NCBI GenBank assembly: GCA_964641415.1
Contig: CAZXMW010000001.1
Span: 227,816-291,815 of the forward strand
Reading direction: 5' to 3'
DNA from: an uncultured Thermoanaerobaculia bacterium
GTDB lineage: Bacteria > Acidobacteriota > Thermoanaerobaculia > Thermoanaerobaculales > Sulfomarinibacteraceae
DNA length: 64,000 nucleotides
The translations under genes and the position numbers were made by a program. Under the pieces are notes generated by a model. The model worked only from the letters and a program-made list of their open reading frames with translations. It did no database searches and had not been told where the DNA came from. Below, piece by piece: positions 10,675 through 19,123 of this stretch (positions within the stretch are counted from its first letter, which is position 1; every line of letters begins with the position of its first letter).

Positions 10675-10952
10675 GGTTTTGTCACCGCAAAAAAGCGAGG
10701 AGCGCGCCATGTCGTCACCGTGGATCCCCGCCGCAGCGTGCTGCGGTGGGGATTCCACGGTGTTCTTCGTGTGGTTGCCTGAGCGCCCTTTGCGGTCTCG
10801 CGGTTCATGTCTCCGGCGGGCCGGATTGATGAGATGATGTCTCTGCGGGAGACCTTGTGGCATTTTTCACATTGCGCTATGATCGATCCGCGCTCGCCGC
10901 CCCGGACGGGTTTCCGCCGGAAGCCCGCGAGCGGACACGACGCGAGGAAGCC

Positions 10953-11363
10953 ATGGCCAGCATTCCCAGTCCGATTCACCCCGAGAACCTGAAGGCCGTC
11001 AACAGAATCGCCGAGATCTCGGGGCAGAACGTCCACGAGTGCATGCAGTGCGGCACCTGCTCGGCGGTGTGCCCGATGGTCGAGTCCATGGGTTTCACCA
11101 CGCGGCAGGGCATTCACTATCTTCAATTCGGCCAGGTCGAGCCGGTGATCCAGGCTCGGATCGGCGACTACTGCGCGTCGTGCCACACCTGCGTCGTGCG
11201 CTGCCCGCGGGGCATCGACGTGCCGCGGATCTTCGAGGCCGTGCGCCAGCTGGTGCTGCGCACCAACACCGATCTGATCAAGCTGCAGGAGATTCCCGAG
11301 GGCACCATGGGCGAGGCGCCCCAGATCGCCTTCGTCTCGGCCTTCCGGAAGCTCACCTCGTGA
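10953..11363 (+). CDS. HdrC-like 2x[4Fe-4S] protein
   Basis: CMQCGTCSAVCP and CASCHTCVVRCPRGIDV cluster motifs. ATG 10953 has GAGGAAG upstream. Confidence 0.75.
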   Translation: MASIPSPIHPENLKAVNRIAEISGQNVHECMQCGTCSAVCPMVESMGFTTRQGIHYLQFGQVEPVIQARIGDYCASCHTCVVRCPRGIDVPRIFEAVRQLVLRTNTDLIKLQEIPEGTMGEAPQIAFVSAFRKLTS

Positions 11364-11371
11364 GGCAGACA

Positions 11372-12259
11372 ATGAAGCTCGGCTACTATCCCGGTTGCAC
11401 GTTGAAGACCAAGGCCGCCAACCTCGAGGTCGCCGCCCTGGCGGCTCTCGACCGGCTCGGAATCGACTACACAGAGTTCGGCCGGTGGAACTGTTGCGGT
11501 GCTGTCTTCTCCCTCGCCGACGACGACCTCATTCACCAGGTGGCGCCGGTCCGCAACCTGATCCGCGCCGCCCAGGAGGGCTGCGACACCGTCGTCACCC
11601 TGTGCTCCCAGTGTTACAACACCTTGGCGCGGGCCAACGCGCTGGTTCGAAACGACGAGGAGAAGCGCGACACCCTCAACCGGTTCATGGACGAGGAGCC
11701 CGACTACGCAGGCGAGGTCGAGGTCGTCCACTACCTCAGTCTGCTGCGCGACCGGATCGGGTGGGACGGGCTCCGGGACGCCGTGACCAATCCCCTCGAC
11801 GGGCTGCGGGTCGCGCCGTTCTACGGCTGCACCCTGGTGCGTCCGGAGGACGTCGCCGTCGACACCGTCGACCGGAAGATCTTCGAGGGTTTCATCACCG
11901 CCCTCGGCGCCGAGCCGGCCGTCTTCCCGGCGGCTCGCGAGTGCTGCGGCTCGTACCAGATGCTGGCTCACCCGGAGGAGGGAATGAAGCGAGCGGCCAA
12001 GGTCATCGCTTCGGCCAACCGGTCCTCGGCCGATGCCCTCATCCTGAGCTGCCCGTTGTGCGAGTACAACCTGGGCACCCGGCAGCAGGAAATCGTCGAG
12101 CACCACGGCGGCCTCGCCCAGGTGCCGACCTTCTACTTCACCCAGTTGCTCGCTGTGGCGCTGGGTCTGGATCCGGAGCTCTGCCGGCTCGACCTCAACG
12201 GTCCCGCAGCCAGAGAGCTCCTGATCGAAAGAAGCTACATCGCGGCGGCGGCGGTCTGA
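11372..12259 (+). CDS. HdrB-like protein with two CCG domains
   Basis: MKLGYYPGCTLK..., WNCCGAV, LCSQCY, FYGCTLVRP, ARECCGSY, SCPLCEYN. This is the duplicated cysteine-rich CCG pattern of HdrB/SdhE/GlpC-type subunits. Confidence 0.8.
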   Translation: MKLGYYPGCTLKTKAANLEVAALAALDRLGIDYTEFGRWNCCGAVFSLADDDLIHQVAPVRNLIRAAQEGCDTVVTLCSQCYNTLARANALVRNDEEKRDTLNRFMDEEPDYAGEVEVVHYLSLLRDRIGWDGLRDAVTNPLDGLRVAPFYGCTLVRPEDVAVDTVDRKIFEGFITALGAEPAVFPAARECCGSYQMLAHPEEGMKRAAKVIASANRSSADALILSCPLCEYNLGTRQQEIVEHHGGLAQVPTFYFTQLLAVALGLDPELCRLDLNGPAARELLIERSYIAAAAV

Positions 12260-12285
12260 GCCGCCGGACCGAAGGAGAGACCGGC

Positions 12286-13038
12286 ATGGACACTGCGACA
12301 TTGACTGATCAAGTGGCGGCAGCAACGATCCCGATCTACATCATGGGCAAGAAGTACGAAGTGCCGGAGACCCTGACCATCATGAAGGCCATGGAGTACG
12401 CCGGTTTCCAGTACATCCGCGGCTGCGGCTGCCGCGGTGGGGTGTGCGGCGCATGCGCCACCGTGTACCGCAAGGCCGGCGACTACAAGATCTACACCGG
12501 TCTCGCCTGTCAGACGGTGGTCGAGCCGGACATGGTGCTGACTCAGATTCCGTTCTACCCGGCCAACCGCGCGACCTACGACTACGAGGCCGCCGAGCCG
12601 ACCCCTGAGACGGTGTATAAGCTCTACCCAGAGCTGTTCCGCTGCGTCGCCTGCAACGCCTGCACCAAGGTCTGCCCCATGGACGTCGAGGTTCTCGACT
12701 ACGTCTCGGCGCTCAAGCGCGGCGACCTCGAGGCCGCCACCGAAATCTCCTTCGACTGCATCCAGTGCGGGCTGTGCGCTTCGCGCTGCATGGGCGAGAT
12801 GGCCCAGTACCACATCGCCCAGCTCGCGCGTCGGCTGACCGGCGGCAAGCTCGCGCCCAAGGCCGGGCACCTCGAAAAGATGTGCGTGGACATCGAGGCC
12901 GGCGCCTTCACAGACGAGCTCGCCAAGCTCAAGAAAATGGGCGAGAACGAGCTCAAGAAGCTCTACACCGAGCGCGAGCAGGAGCCCCACATGGGCGACG
13001 AAGAGTGGACCCCGGCTACCAGCCGCGGGCTCGTCTGA
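12286..13038 (+). CDS. Fe-S subunit (2Fe-2S-like N-domain + 2x 4Fe-4S motifs), SdhB/FrdB/TfrB-like
   Basis: GAAGGAGAGA RBS. RGCGCRGGVCGACATV...GLACQT, then FRCVACNACTKVCPMDV and DCIQCGLCASRC. Confidence 0.75.
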   Translation: MDTATLTDQVAAATIPIYIMGKKYEVPETLTIMKAMEYAGFQYIRGCGCRGGVCGACATVYRKAGDYKIYTGLACQTVVEPDMVLTQIPFYPANRATYDYEAAEPTPETVYKLYPELFRCVACNACTKVCPMDVEVLDYVSALKRGDLEAATEISFDCIQCGLCASRCMGEMAQYHIAQLARRLTGGKLAPKAGHLEKMCVDIEAGAFTDELAKLKKMGENELKKLYTEREQEPHMGDEEWTPATSRGLV

Positions 13039-13048
13039 GAGGTTTGAC

Positions 13049-14719
13049 ATGCCCTACACACCGGAACTCAAAGAGCTCATCAAGATCGTTGAGAAGACCC
13101 GTCCCGAGCGTGTCGCGCGCAAGCGCGCCGGTGACGAGATCCCGTTCCTCAGCCTCGACGAACGCAAGGAGCGACTCAAGTTCCACCCCGACTTCAAGGA
13201 GGAGGGGCGGCGCGAGCTCCAGGTCGGCGCGTCCAAGGGCTACGCCATCGCCCACGAGATCGCCGATCTGCTCGAGGCGACGAGCCGGGTCGAACCCGAC
13301 AAGGTCGATCTCTCGGCGCCGGCGTTCTCGACCGACGTGCTCATCATCGGCGGCGGCGGGGCCGGTACCTCGGCCGCAATTCTGGCCGCTCAACACGGTG
13401 CGGACGTCATCATGGCGACCAAGCTGCGCCACGGCGACGCCAACACCATGATGGCCGAGGGCGGCATCCAGGCGGCTTCCAAGGGCCATAAGGACTCACC
13501 GTACTACCACTACCTGGACGTCATGGGCGGCGGCCATTTCACCAACGTCCCGGAACTCGCCGAGACCCTCGTGACCCTGGCGCCCGACGCGATCCGGTGG
13601 CTCCAGAACCTCGGCGTCAACTTCACCAAGAAGGCCGACGGCACGCTCGAGACGATTCATGGCGGCGGCACCTCGCGCAAGCGCATGCACTATGCGGCCG
13701 ACATCACCGGCGCCGAGATCATGCGTACCATCCGCGACGAGGCGCGCAACCACGGCGACAGGATCCAGGTGCTCGAGTTCTCGCCCGCGGTCGAGCTGGT
13801 GCTCAACGAGCACGGTCAGTGTGCCGGAGCGGTGCTGTACAACATGGACACCGAGGAGTACTTCGTCGTCAAGGCCAAGGCGGTCATCATGGCCACCGGC
13901 GGTTGCGGCCGGCTCCACATCCAGGGCTTCATGACCACCAACCACTACGGCGCCACCGCTGACGGCATCGTTCTCGGCTACCGGGCCGGGGTGCCGGTGG
14001 CCTTTTTGCACACCGTGCAGTACCACCCGACCGGGATCGTCTTCCCAGAGCAGGCCGAGGGAATCCTCATCACCGAGAAGTTCCGCGGCTCGGGCGCCAA
14101 TCTCGTCAATGTCGAGGGCAACCAGTTCGTCAACGAGCGCGAACCGCGCGACGTCGAAGCGGCGTCGATCATCAAGGAGTGCGTCCACGACGGCATGGGT
14201 GTGCCGACCCCGACCGGCCGGCTCGGGATCTGGCTCGACTCGCCGATGATCGAGGAGCTTGCAGGAGAGGGAACCGTCAAGCGGGAGTTCCCCGGCAAGT
14301 ACATTCTCTACAAGCGCTTCGACATCGACATCTCGAAAGAGCCGATGCTCATCTACCCGACCCTGCACTACCAGAACGGCGGGCTTGAGTTCAAGGCGAC
14401 GGGCGAGACCTGTGTGCCCGGTCTGTTCCTCGCGGGCGAGGTGGCGGGCGGCATCCACGGCGCCAACCGGCTGATGGGCAACTCGCTGCTCGACATCATC
14501 GTCTACGGCCGGATCGCCGGAACCACGGCGTCCGAGTTCATCGCCGACGGCTTCAAGGACGGCGCGCTGACCCTCGACCACGTCCGCGCATACAACGCCG
14601 AGGTCGCCAAGGCCGGCGTCGCCGAGGGTCGGGTCGCGCCGGCGATCATCCCCAACTACACCGATCCCGAAGTTCGCGAGCGCCAGCTCACCACCAACTA
14701 CGTCGGAAACCTGCGGTAG
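13049..14719 (+). CDS. FAD flavoprotein of the succinate dehydrogenase/fumarate reductase family (non-covalent-FAD type) with an N-terminal extension of about 95 aa
   Basis: VLIIGGGGAGTSAA dinucleotide fold, VQYHPTG, ITEKFRGSGANLVN, EPRDVEAA, PTLHYQNGG, GLFLAGEVAGGIHGANRLMGNSLLD. No His at the covalent-FAD position (GDANTMMAEGGIQAA). Confidence 0.85.
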   Translation: MPYTPELKELIKIVEKTRPERVARKRAGDEIPFLSLDERKERLKFHPDFKEEGRRELQVGASKGYAIAHEIADLLEATSRVEPDKVDLSAPAFSTDVLIIGGGGAGTSAAILAAQHGADVIMATKLRHGDANTMMAEGGIQAASKGHKDSPYYHYLDVMGGGHFTNVPELAETLVTLAPDAIRWLQNLGVNFTKKADGTLETIHGGGTSRKRMHYAADITGAEIMRTIRDEARNHGDRIQVLEFSPAVELVLNEHGQCAGAVLYNMDTEEYFVVKAKAVIMATGGCGRLHIQGFMTTNHYGATADGIVLGYRAGVPVAFLHTVQYHPTGIVFPEQAEGILITEKFRGSGANLVNVEGNQFVNEREPRDVEAASIIKECVHDGMGVPTPTGRLGIWLDSPMIEELAGEGTVKREFPGKYILYKRFDIDISKEPMLIYPTLHYQNGGLEFKATGETCVPGLFLAGEVAGGIHGANRLMGNSLLDIIVYGRIAGTTASEFIADGFKDGALTLDHVRAYNAEVAKAGVAEGRVAPAIIPNYTDPEVRERQLTTNYVGNLR

Positions 14720-14747
14720 CCGCGAAGCAAGAGACCGCGACCACTCG

Positions 14748-14772
14748 TCGGCGGGGCTTCGATCCCCGCCGA
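14748..14772. terminator. GC-rich hairpin between convergent genes (candidate bidirectional terminator)
   Basis: TCGGCGGGG-cttcgat-CCCCGCCGA, a 9-bp stem. It lies between the flavoprotein stop (14719) and the stop of the minus-strand ORF at 14781. There is no clear U-tract. Confidence 0.45.
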
Positions 14773-14780
14773 TGCCGGGT

Positions 14781-15065
14781 TCAGCGCGGCATTGAGGTGT
14801 CGGAGGGGGTCATGAGATCCGCAGGTCGCGGTTCCACCGGCGTCGCGTAGCGGCCGCGAGCGCCGTCGACGAACTCGCCCACCGCGCCGAGCTCGGTGTA
14901 GAAGAAGGCGTTGGCGTTGACGCCGCTGGCCAGGTTGGCGGACCAGATGCGCCCGAAGGGACCGCGGGCACGGCCGACACCGAGGTGGAGAGCAGCGATG
15001 ACCAGAGCCACCGCGGCGAGTCCGGTGGCGAGCTCGAGCCAGCGTCTGACGCCCGGGTGTCTCAC
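14781..15065 (-). CDS. Small hypothetical membrane protein coupled to the YeiH-family gene
   Basis: GTG 15065 forms a GTGA overlap with the upstream stop. One clear TM helix (LELATGLAAVALVIAALHL). No family recognised. Confidence 0.4.
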   Translation of the reverse strand: MRHPGVRRWLELATGLAAVALVIAALHLGVGRARGPFGRIWSANLASGVNANAFFYTELGAVGEFVDGARGRYATPVEPRPADLMTPSDTSMPR

Positions 15066-16354
15066 GGTCCCGCCGAGAACAGGATGCCGCCGAAGACCAG
15101 CCAGGCGACCAGCAGGGTGAGCAGGATGTTGACGCTCTGGCCGACGATGTAGAGGATGATCGGCTTGCCTCCGACCAGCTGGCGTGCCAGCTCCTTGAAG
15201 TTCGACTCCAGGCCGATCGCCACGAAGGCGAGGCAGAACAGCCAGCCGCGCAGCACCTTGGACGTGTCGAGAACGGCCCCGACCCGGGCCTCGCCGAGAA
15301 CCGGCATGAGCACGAAGCTGAAGATCACGGAAGCGAGCGCGAAGCCGAGGATAAACTTCGGGAAGCGGTACCAGACCTCCATCAGGCTCGGCCGCGGCGC
15401 GCTCGGGTCACGGTCGACCCGGGCCACCCAGAAGATGGCGACGAAGAACGCGACCAGCCCGATCAGGATGTTCTGGATCATCTTGATCACCGCCGCGACC
15501 CTCTCGGCCTCCTCGCCGAGCAGCGCGCCGGCGGCGACGACGGCGCCGGTCGAGTCGATGGTGCCCCCGAGCCAGGCTCCGGCGACCGCGGCCTGCATTC
15601 CGACGAGCTTGGCGATCGCCGGCATGAACACCATCATCAGCACGGTGAAGATCATCGTCATGCCGACCGCGAGGGTCAGCTCCTGCTTCTTCGCCCGGCA
15701 GGCGGCGGCGGTCGCGATCGCCGCCGACACCCCGCACACCGAGGTCGCCGTGGCGATGATGATCGTCAGGGTCTTCGACGGCATCTTGAGCCAGCGGGTG
15801 CCGAACAGCCACATGAAGATGATCACGGTCGGCGTCACCACCCAGGCGACGATCAGGCCGGGCGCGCCGAGTCGCAGGATCTCCGAGAACAGGATCTCGG
15901 CGCCGAGCAGCACCAGGCCGGTCTTGATGAACATCTCGGACTTGGACCCGGCGAGCAGCCAGTCGGGCGTGCCGACGGTGTTCGCCACGATCAGCCCGAA
16001 GGCCAGCGCCCACAGGGCGTACTCCAGCCCGACCGCCTTGACCGACTGCTGGCCGGAGGCCACGAAGGACACGACCGCGAAGGCGAAGATCACAAGGTAG
16101 CCGGCCAGGAAGGGACGCCAGGCCTCGCCCATGATGTGAATGCCGAGGGTGAGCAGAGCGCCCAGGCCGACCGCCAGCAGCAACAGCGGGACGATCATCT
16201 CGGCGTCCAGGGCCTCGAGCGGGTTCGAGACCCAGGAGCGGAGCTTCGGAACGTCGTGGACGAGCCCTGCGATCGTTCCGGCAAAAATGACGACCGAGAA
16301 CCAGATCGCCCAGTAGTCCTCGGACGTCCAGACCTTCTCGAGCTCGCTGCTCAT
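15062..16354 (-). CDS. YeiH/UPF0324 family putative sulfate exporter
   Basis: 430 aa polytopic protein. ATSVCGVSAAIATAAA, GGTIDSTGAVVAAG and AFVAIGLESNFKEL resemble YeiH blocks (GAGSSICGAAAV, GSTVHEVAQVVAAG, AMAALGL). Confidence 0.75.
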   Translation of the reverse strand: MSSELEKVWTSEDYWAIWFSVVIFAGTIAGLVHDVPKLRSWVSNPLEALDAEMIVPLLLLAVGLGALLTLGIHIMGEAWRPFLAGYLVIFAFAVVSFVASGQQSVKAVGLEYALWALAFGLIVANTVGTPDWLLAGSKSEMFIKTGLVLLGAEILFSEILRLGAPGLIVAWVVTPTVIIFMWLFGTRWLKMPSKTLTIIIATATSVCGVSAAIATAAACRAKKQELTLAVGMTMIFTVLMMVFMPAIAKLVGMQAAVAGAWLGGTIDSTGAVVAAGALLGEEAERVAAVIKMIQNILIGLVAFFVAIFWVARVDRDPSAPRPSLMEVWYRFPKFILGFALASVIFSFVLMPVLGEARVGAVLDTSKVLRGWLFCLAFVAIGLESNFKELARQLVGGKPIILYIVGQSVNILLTLLVAWLVFGGILFSAGP

Positions 16355-16833
16355 CGGGGCAGCCTCCCCCGCCGGCCGCTTGAGGGGCGCGCTGCGCCTA
16401 AAGGCGGCGGCGTGCGCGCCATCATACCCCGGCCCGGTCGAGTCCCGCCCGGGTCAGGCTGAGTCGCGTCCACGGTTGTGGTGGACGAGCGGAGGCGACG
16501 AGGCCGGCGCCCGGGGTCCACGGGTCGCTGGCGGCGGCTCCGGATGGAGAATCGGTGACGTTCGTGGACGGCGGGCTCAGGCTGGCCGATGGCCGAACCA
16601 CGATCGCCGAGCCGGCGGGCGAAGAGGGTAGACTGTGGTCTCATGACAGGAAGAATTCGTCTTTCCTCCGGATCTGCAGCAACCGACGGGGTACCCGGGT
16701 GTGATGCTGTGAGCAGTCAAATTCGAGACACAGGGCACTGACTGCCCGTGCCCGTCCCCGTGATTCGATCCGGCCGGCTGGCGGCGCGACCCAATCGGCG
16801 GCCAGCGAAAGCCGGAGAAGGAAGAGAGCCCAG

Positions 16834-17754
16834 GTGGTCGATCATCCCGTACGCCATGCCTTCGAGTATGCGCTGCTGCGTTTCTTTCAGGGCGTTCTGA
16901 GCACGCTGCCCTACCGCGCCGCCCTCTTCGTGGGCTGGTGCGCGGCGCTTTTTTCCCACCACCTGATGCGCTATCGGGTGGCCGAGTCGATCCGCCGCAT
17001 TGAGGAGGTCTTCCCCGGACGATACAGCGCCGCCGAGAAGCGCCGCATCTCCTGGATCGCCTGGAAACACTTCGCCTTCTCGGCGGTCGACCTGTTCCAG
17101 CTGCCGCGCATCGACCGGCGCTGGATCGAGAAACACGTGGTCGATCACGAGCATCTGAGCGAGGTGATGGGGGCCCACGTTGCCACGGGCGCCGGGGCCG
17201 TGATCGCGGCCGGCCACATGGGAGCGGCCGAGGTGGCCAGCGTGGTTCTGCAGCGCCTCGGTGTCCCCATCTTCCTCATCACGGGCAGGCAGAAGAATCC
17301 GAAGGTCGATGCGGCTCTGCACGAGATCCGCCGAGCCACCGGCATCCCCACCGTGCAGCGGCGTTCGACCCTGTTGCGGCAGGTGATCGGCCGCCTCAAG
17401 GAGGGCGGCGTGCTGGCCTTCTTGGCCGACCTGCGGGTCTCACCGAACGGCACCATGACCAGCTTCCTGGGCGCAAAGGCCAGCGTGGCGCCCGGCATGG
17501 CGCGCTTCGCCAAGCAGACTGGCGTGCCGATCTTTCCCATCGTCATCCGACGGGTAGGCTGGGCGCGGCACCACTTCGTCTTCTCGGCGCCGATCTGGCC
17601 CCGCGCCGACCTCGACAAGAACCAGGACTGCCGGCGCATGACGCAGGAGGCCTTCGACGTGCTCGACGAGGCGATTCGCGAGACCCCGGAGCAGTGGTTC
17701 TGGTTCAACAAGCGCTGGATCCTCGATCCGCCGAAGGACGAGAGGGGGTCATGA
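16834..17754 (+). CDS. LpxL/HtrB-family lysophospholipid (lipid A-type) acyltransferase
   Basis: 306 aa. The overall pattern (AGHMGAAE..., GGVLAFLADLR, VPIFPIV, PEQWFWFNKRW) is typical of lauroyl/myristoyl acyltransferases. GTG start with GGAGAAGGAAG upstream. Confidence 0.75.
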   Translation: MVDHPVRHAFEYALLRFFQGVLSTLPYRAALFVGWCAALFSHHLMRYRVAESIRRIEEVFPGRYSAAEKRRISWIAWKHFAFSAVDLFQLPRIDRRWIEKHVVDHEHLSEVMGAHVATGAGAVIAAGHMGAAEVASVVLQRLGVPIFLITGRQKNPKVDAALHEIRRATGIPTVQRRSTLLRQVIGRLKEGGVLAFLADLRVSPNGTMTSFLGAKASVAPGMARFAKQTGVPIFPIVIRRVGWARHHFVFSAPIWPRADLDKNQDCRRMTQEAFDVLDEAIRETPEQWFWFNKRWILDPPKDERGS

Positions 17755-18602
17755 GACGGCCGCCGGTCAAGGTCCGCAGCGTTCTGATCACGGGCTGCTC
17801 CTCGGGCATCGGACGGGCTACCGCAGAGCTGCTGCAAGAGCGCGGCTGGCGGGTGCTCGCCACCGCCCGCGCCGACAGCGACCTGGTGAGCCTGCGCGCC
17901 GCCGGCTTCGAGGCGCTCAAGCTCGACCTGGCCCATGAGCCCTCGGTTCTGGCCTGCGCCGAGAAGTTCCTCGACCTGTGCCGTGACGGTTTTGGCGGCG
18001 TGGTCAACAACGCCGGATATGCCCAGGCGGGGGCGGTGGAGGATCTCGACGGAGCTGCTCTTCGGCGCCAGCTCGAGGTCAATGTGGTGGGCCTCCAGGT
18101 GCTGACCAACCGGCTCATCCCCACCTTGCGTGCGCAGGGCTGGGGCCGCATCGTCAATGTGTCGTCGGTTTACGGCCGCGTGGCCGGCCCCCTTGTCGGT
18201 GCCTACTGCGCATCCAAGCACGCTTTGGAAGCTCTCTCCGACGCCATGCGCATGGAGCTCTGGTTCACCGGCATCGGCGTCAGCCTGATCGAGCCCGGGC
18301 CCATCATCAGCGAGTTTCGGCGCAATGCCGCGGCGGTGGCCGAGGCGAGCCTCGGCGGCGGCGGCTCGCGCTTCACCGCCACCTACGAGCGCCGTATCGT
18401 GCGCAAGAAAAACGCGAAACAGCGGCGGAGCTTCGTGGTGCGCCCGCCCGGGGCGGTTGCGGTGAAGATCCGCCACGCTCTCGAGTCGAGCCGTCCGCGC
18501 CGCCGATACGGTGTGACCCCGGCGGCGTTCTTCGTCGTCCTGCTCCGCCGCTTCGCTCCCGATGCCCTGACGGACGTCCTGCAGCGACGCTCCGTGCGCT
18601 GA
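17751..18602 (+). CDS. Short-chain dehydrogenase/reductase (SDR)
   Basis: ATG 17751 forms an ATGA overlap with the upstream stop. VLITGCSSGIGRATA cofactor motif, NNAG, and catalytic YCASKHAL. Confidence 0.85.
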   Translation: MRRPPVKVRSVLITGCSSGIGRATAELLQERGWRVLATARADSDLVSLRAAGFEALKLDLAHEPSVLACAEKFLDLCRDGFGGVVNNAGYAQAGAVEDLDGAALRRQLEVNVVGLQVLTNRLIPTLRAQGWGRIVNVSSVYGRVAGPLVGAYCASKHALEALSDAMRMELWFTGIGVSLIEPGPIISEFRRNAAAVAEASLGGGGSRFTATYERRIVRKKNAKQRRSFVVRPPGAVAVKIRHALESSRPRRRYGVTPAAFFVVLLRRFAPDALTDVLQRRSVR

Positions 18603-18702
18603 GACGGCTCATGCCGTGATCAGAGGACGTGATCGTCTCGGTCTTCAGCTAGTTCCCATCCAAAAATCCCGATGGGGACTGCGCAGTTCTCGATTTGGAA
18701 AC

Positions 18703-18886
18703 GAGGGGTTTTTGTGCAAGGTCAAGGAAGATCAGAATGTACGCGGAGGCGTACTTCTGTACGCCGCACAAGGAAATTCGCAATCTGACGCCGAGATTGC
18801 CAAAAAGCGCCGTTTCCGGACGGGAACCAGCTCGCGACCGGCTCGAAAAGGCGTCCGTTCGGACGGTCTCGAGGCCGGCACCATTC
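18703..18886. repeat. Copy B of the diverged inverted repeat pair (partner at 188-405)
   Basis: See copy A for anchors. It lies inside the 520-bp non-coding leader between the SDR stop and the Kef-type start, and contains the local hairpin GGCGTAC-ttct-GTACGCC. Confidence 0.55.
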
Positions 18887-19123
18887 CCGCGCCTGTCCCG
18901 ACACGGTATCATCCGGGCGGATGGATGCGGTACGCGCGACCTCGATGAAGCGGCCCGGAGAGAGCCTCGCCCTGACGGGGCCGCTGGCAGCGACCCCGTG
19001 CGCGGCGCCACCGCACCTCCGCGATTCCTCGTCGGCCGACATCGCGGCGTCCGATCTCGTGCAGGCCGCAAAACGAAGTCAGAACGGTCGAGTCAACGGC
19101 GGCCGACGGCCCCAGGAGTGCTG

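Noticed and set aside
14740-14780. T-arm-like sequence GGGGCTTCGATCCCC suggesting a tRNA gene.
   Set aside because: No acceptor, D or anticodon arms can be built from the flanks. The 9-bp stem extends beyond tRNA geometry. It sits between convergent gene ends and is better explained as a terminator-type hairpin.
16655-16710. Cluster of common cloning sites (GAATTC, CTGCAG, GGTACCCGGG) that looked like a vector polylinker or contamination.
   Set aside because: The order and spacing do not match any polylinker I know (pUC has GAATTC...GGTACCCGGGGATCC...CTGCAG). The flanks are continuous with native genes. Most likely coincidence.
18640-18720. A c-di-AMP (ydaO-type) riboswitch in the leader of the K+ antiporter (CCCGATGGGGA-like segment); pgpH also occurs in the window.
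   Set aside because: I could not recognise the pseudo-symmetric conserved core of the motif. Part of the region is explained by the inverted repeat shared with 188-405, which is not upstream of a K+ gene in the same orientation.
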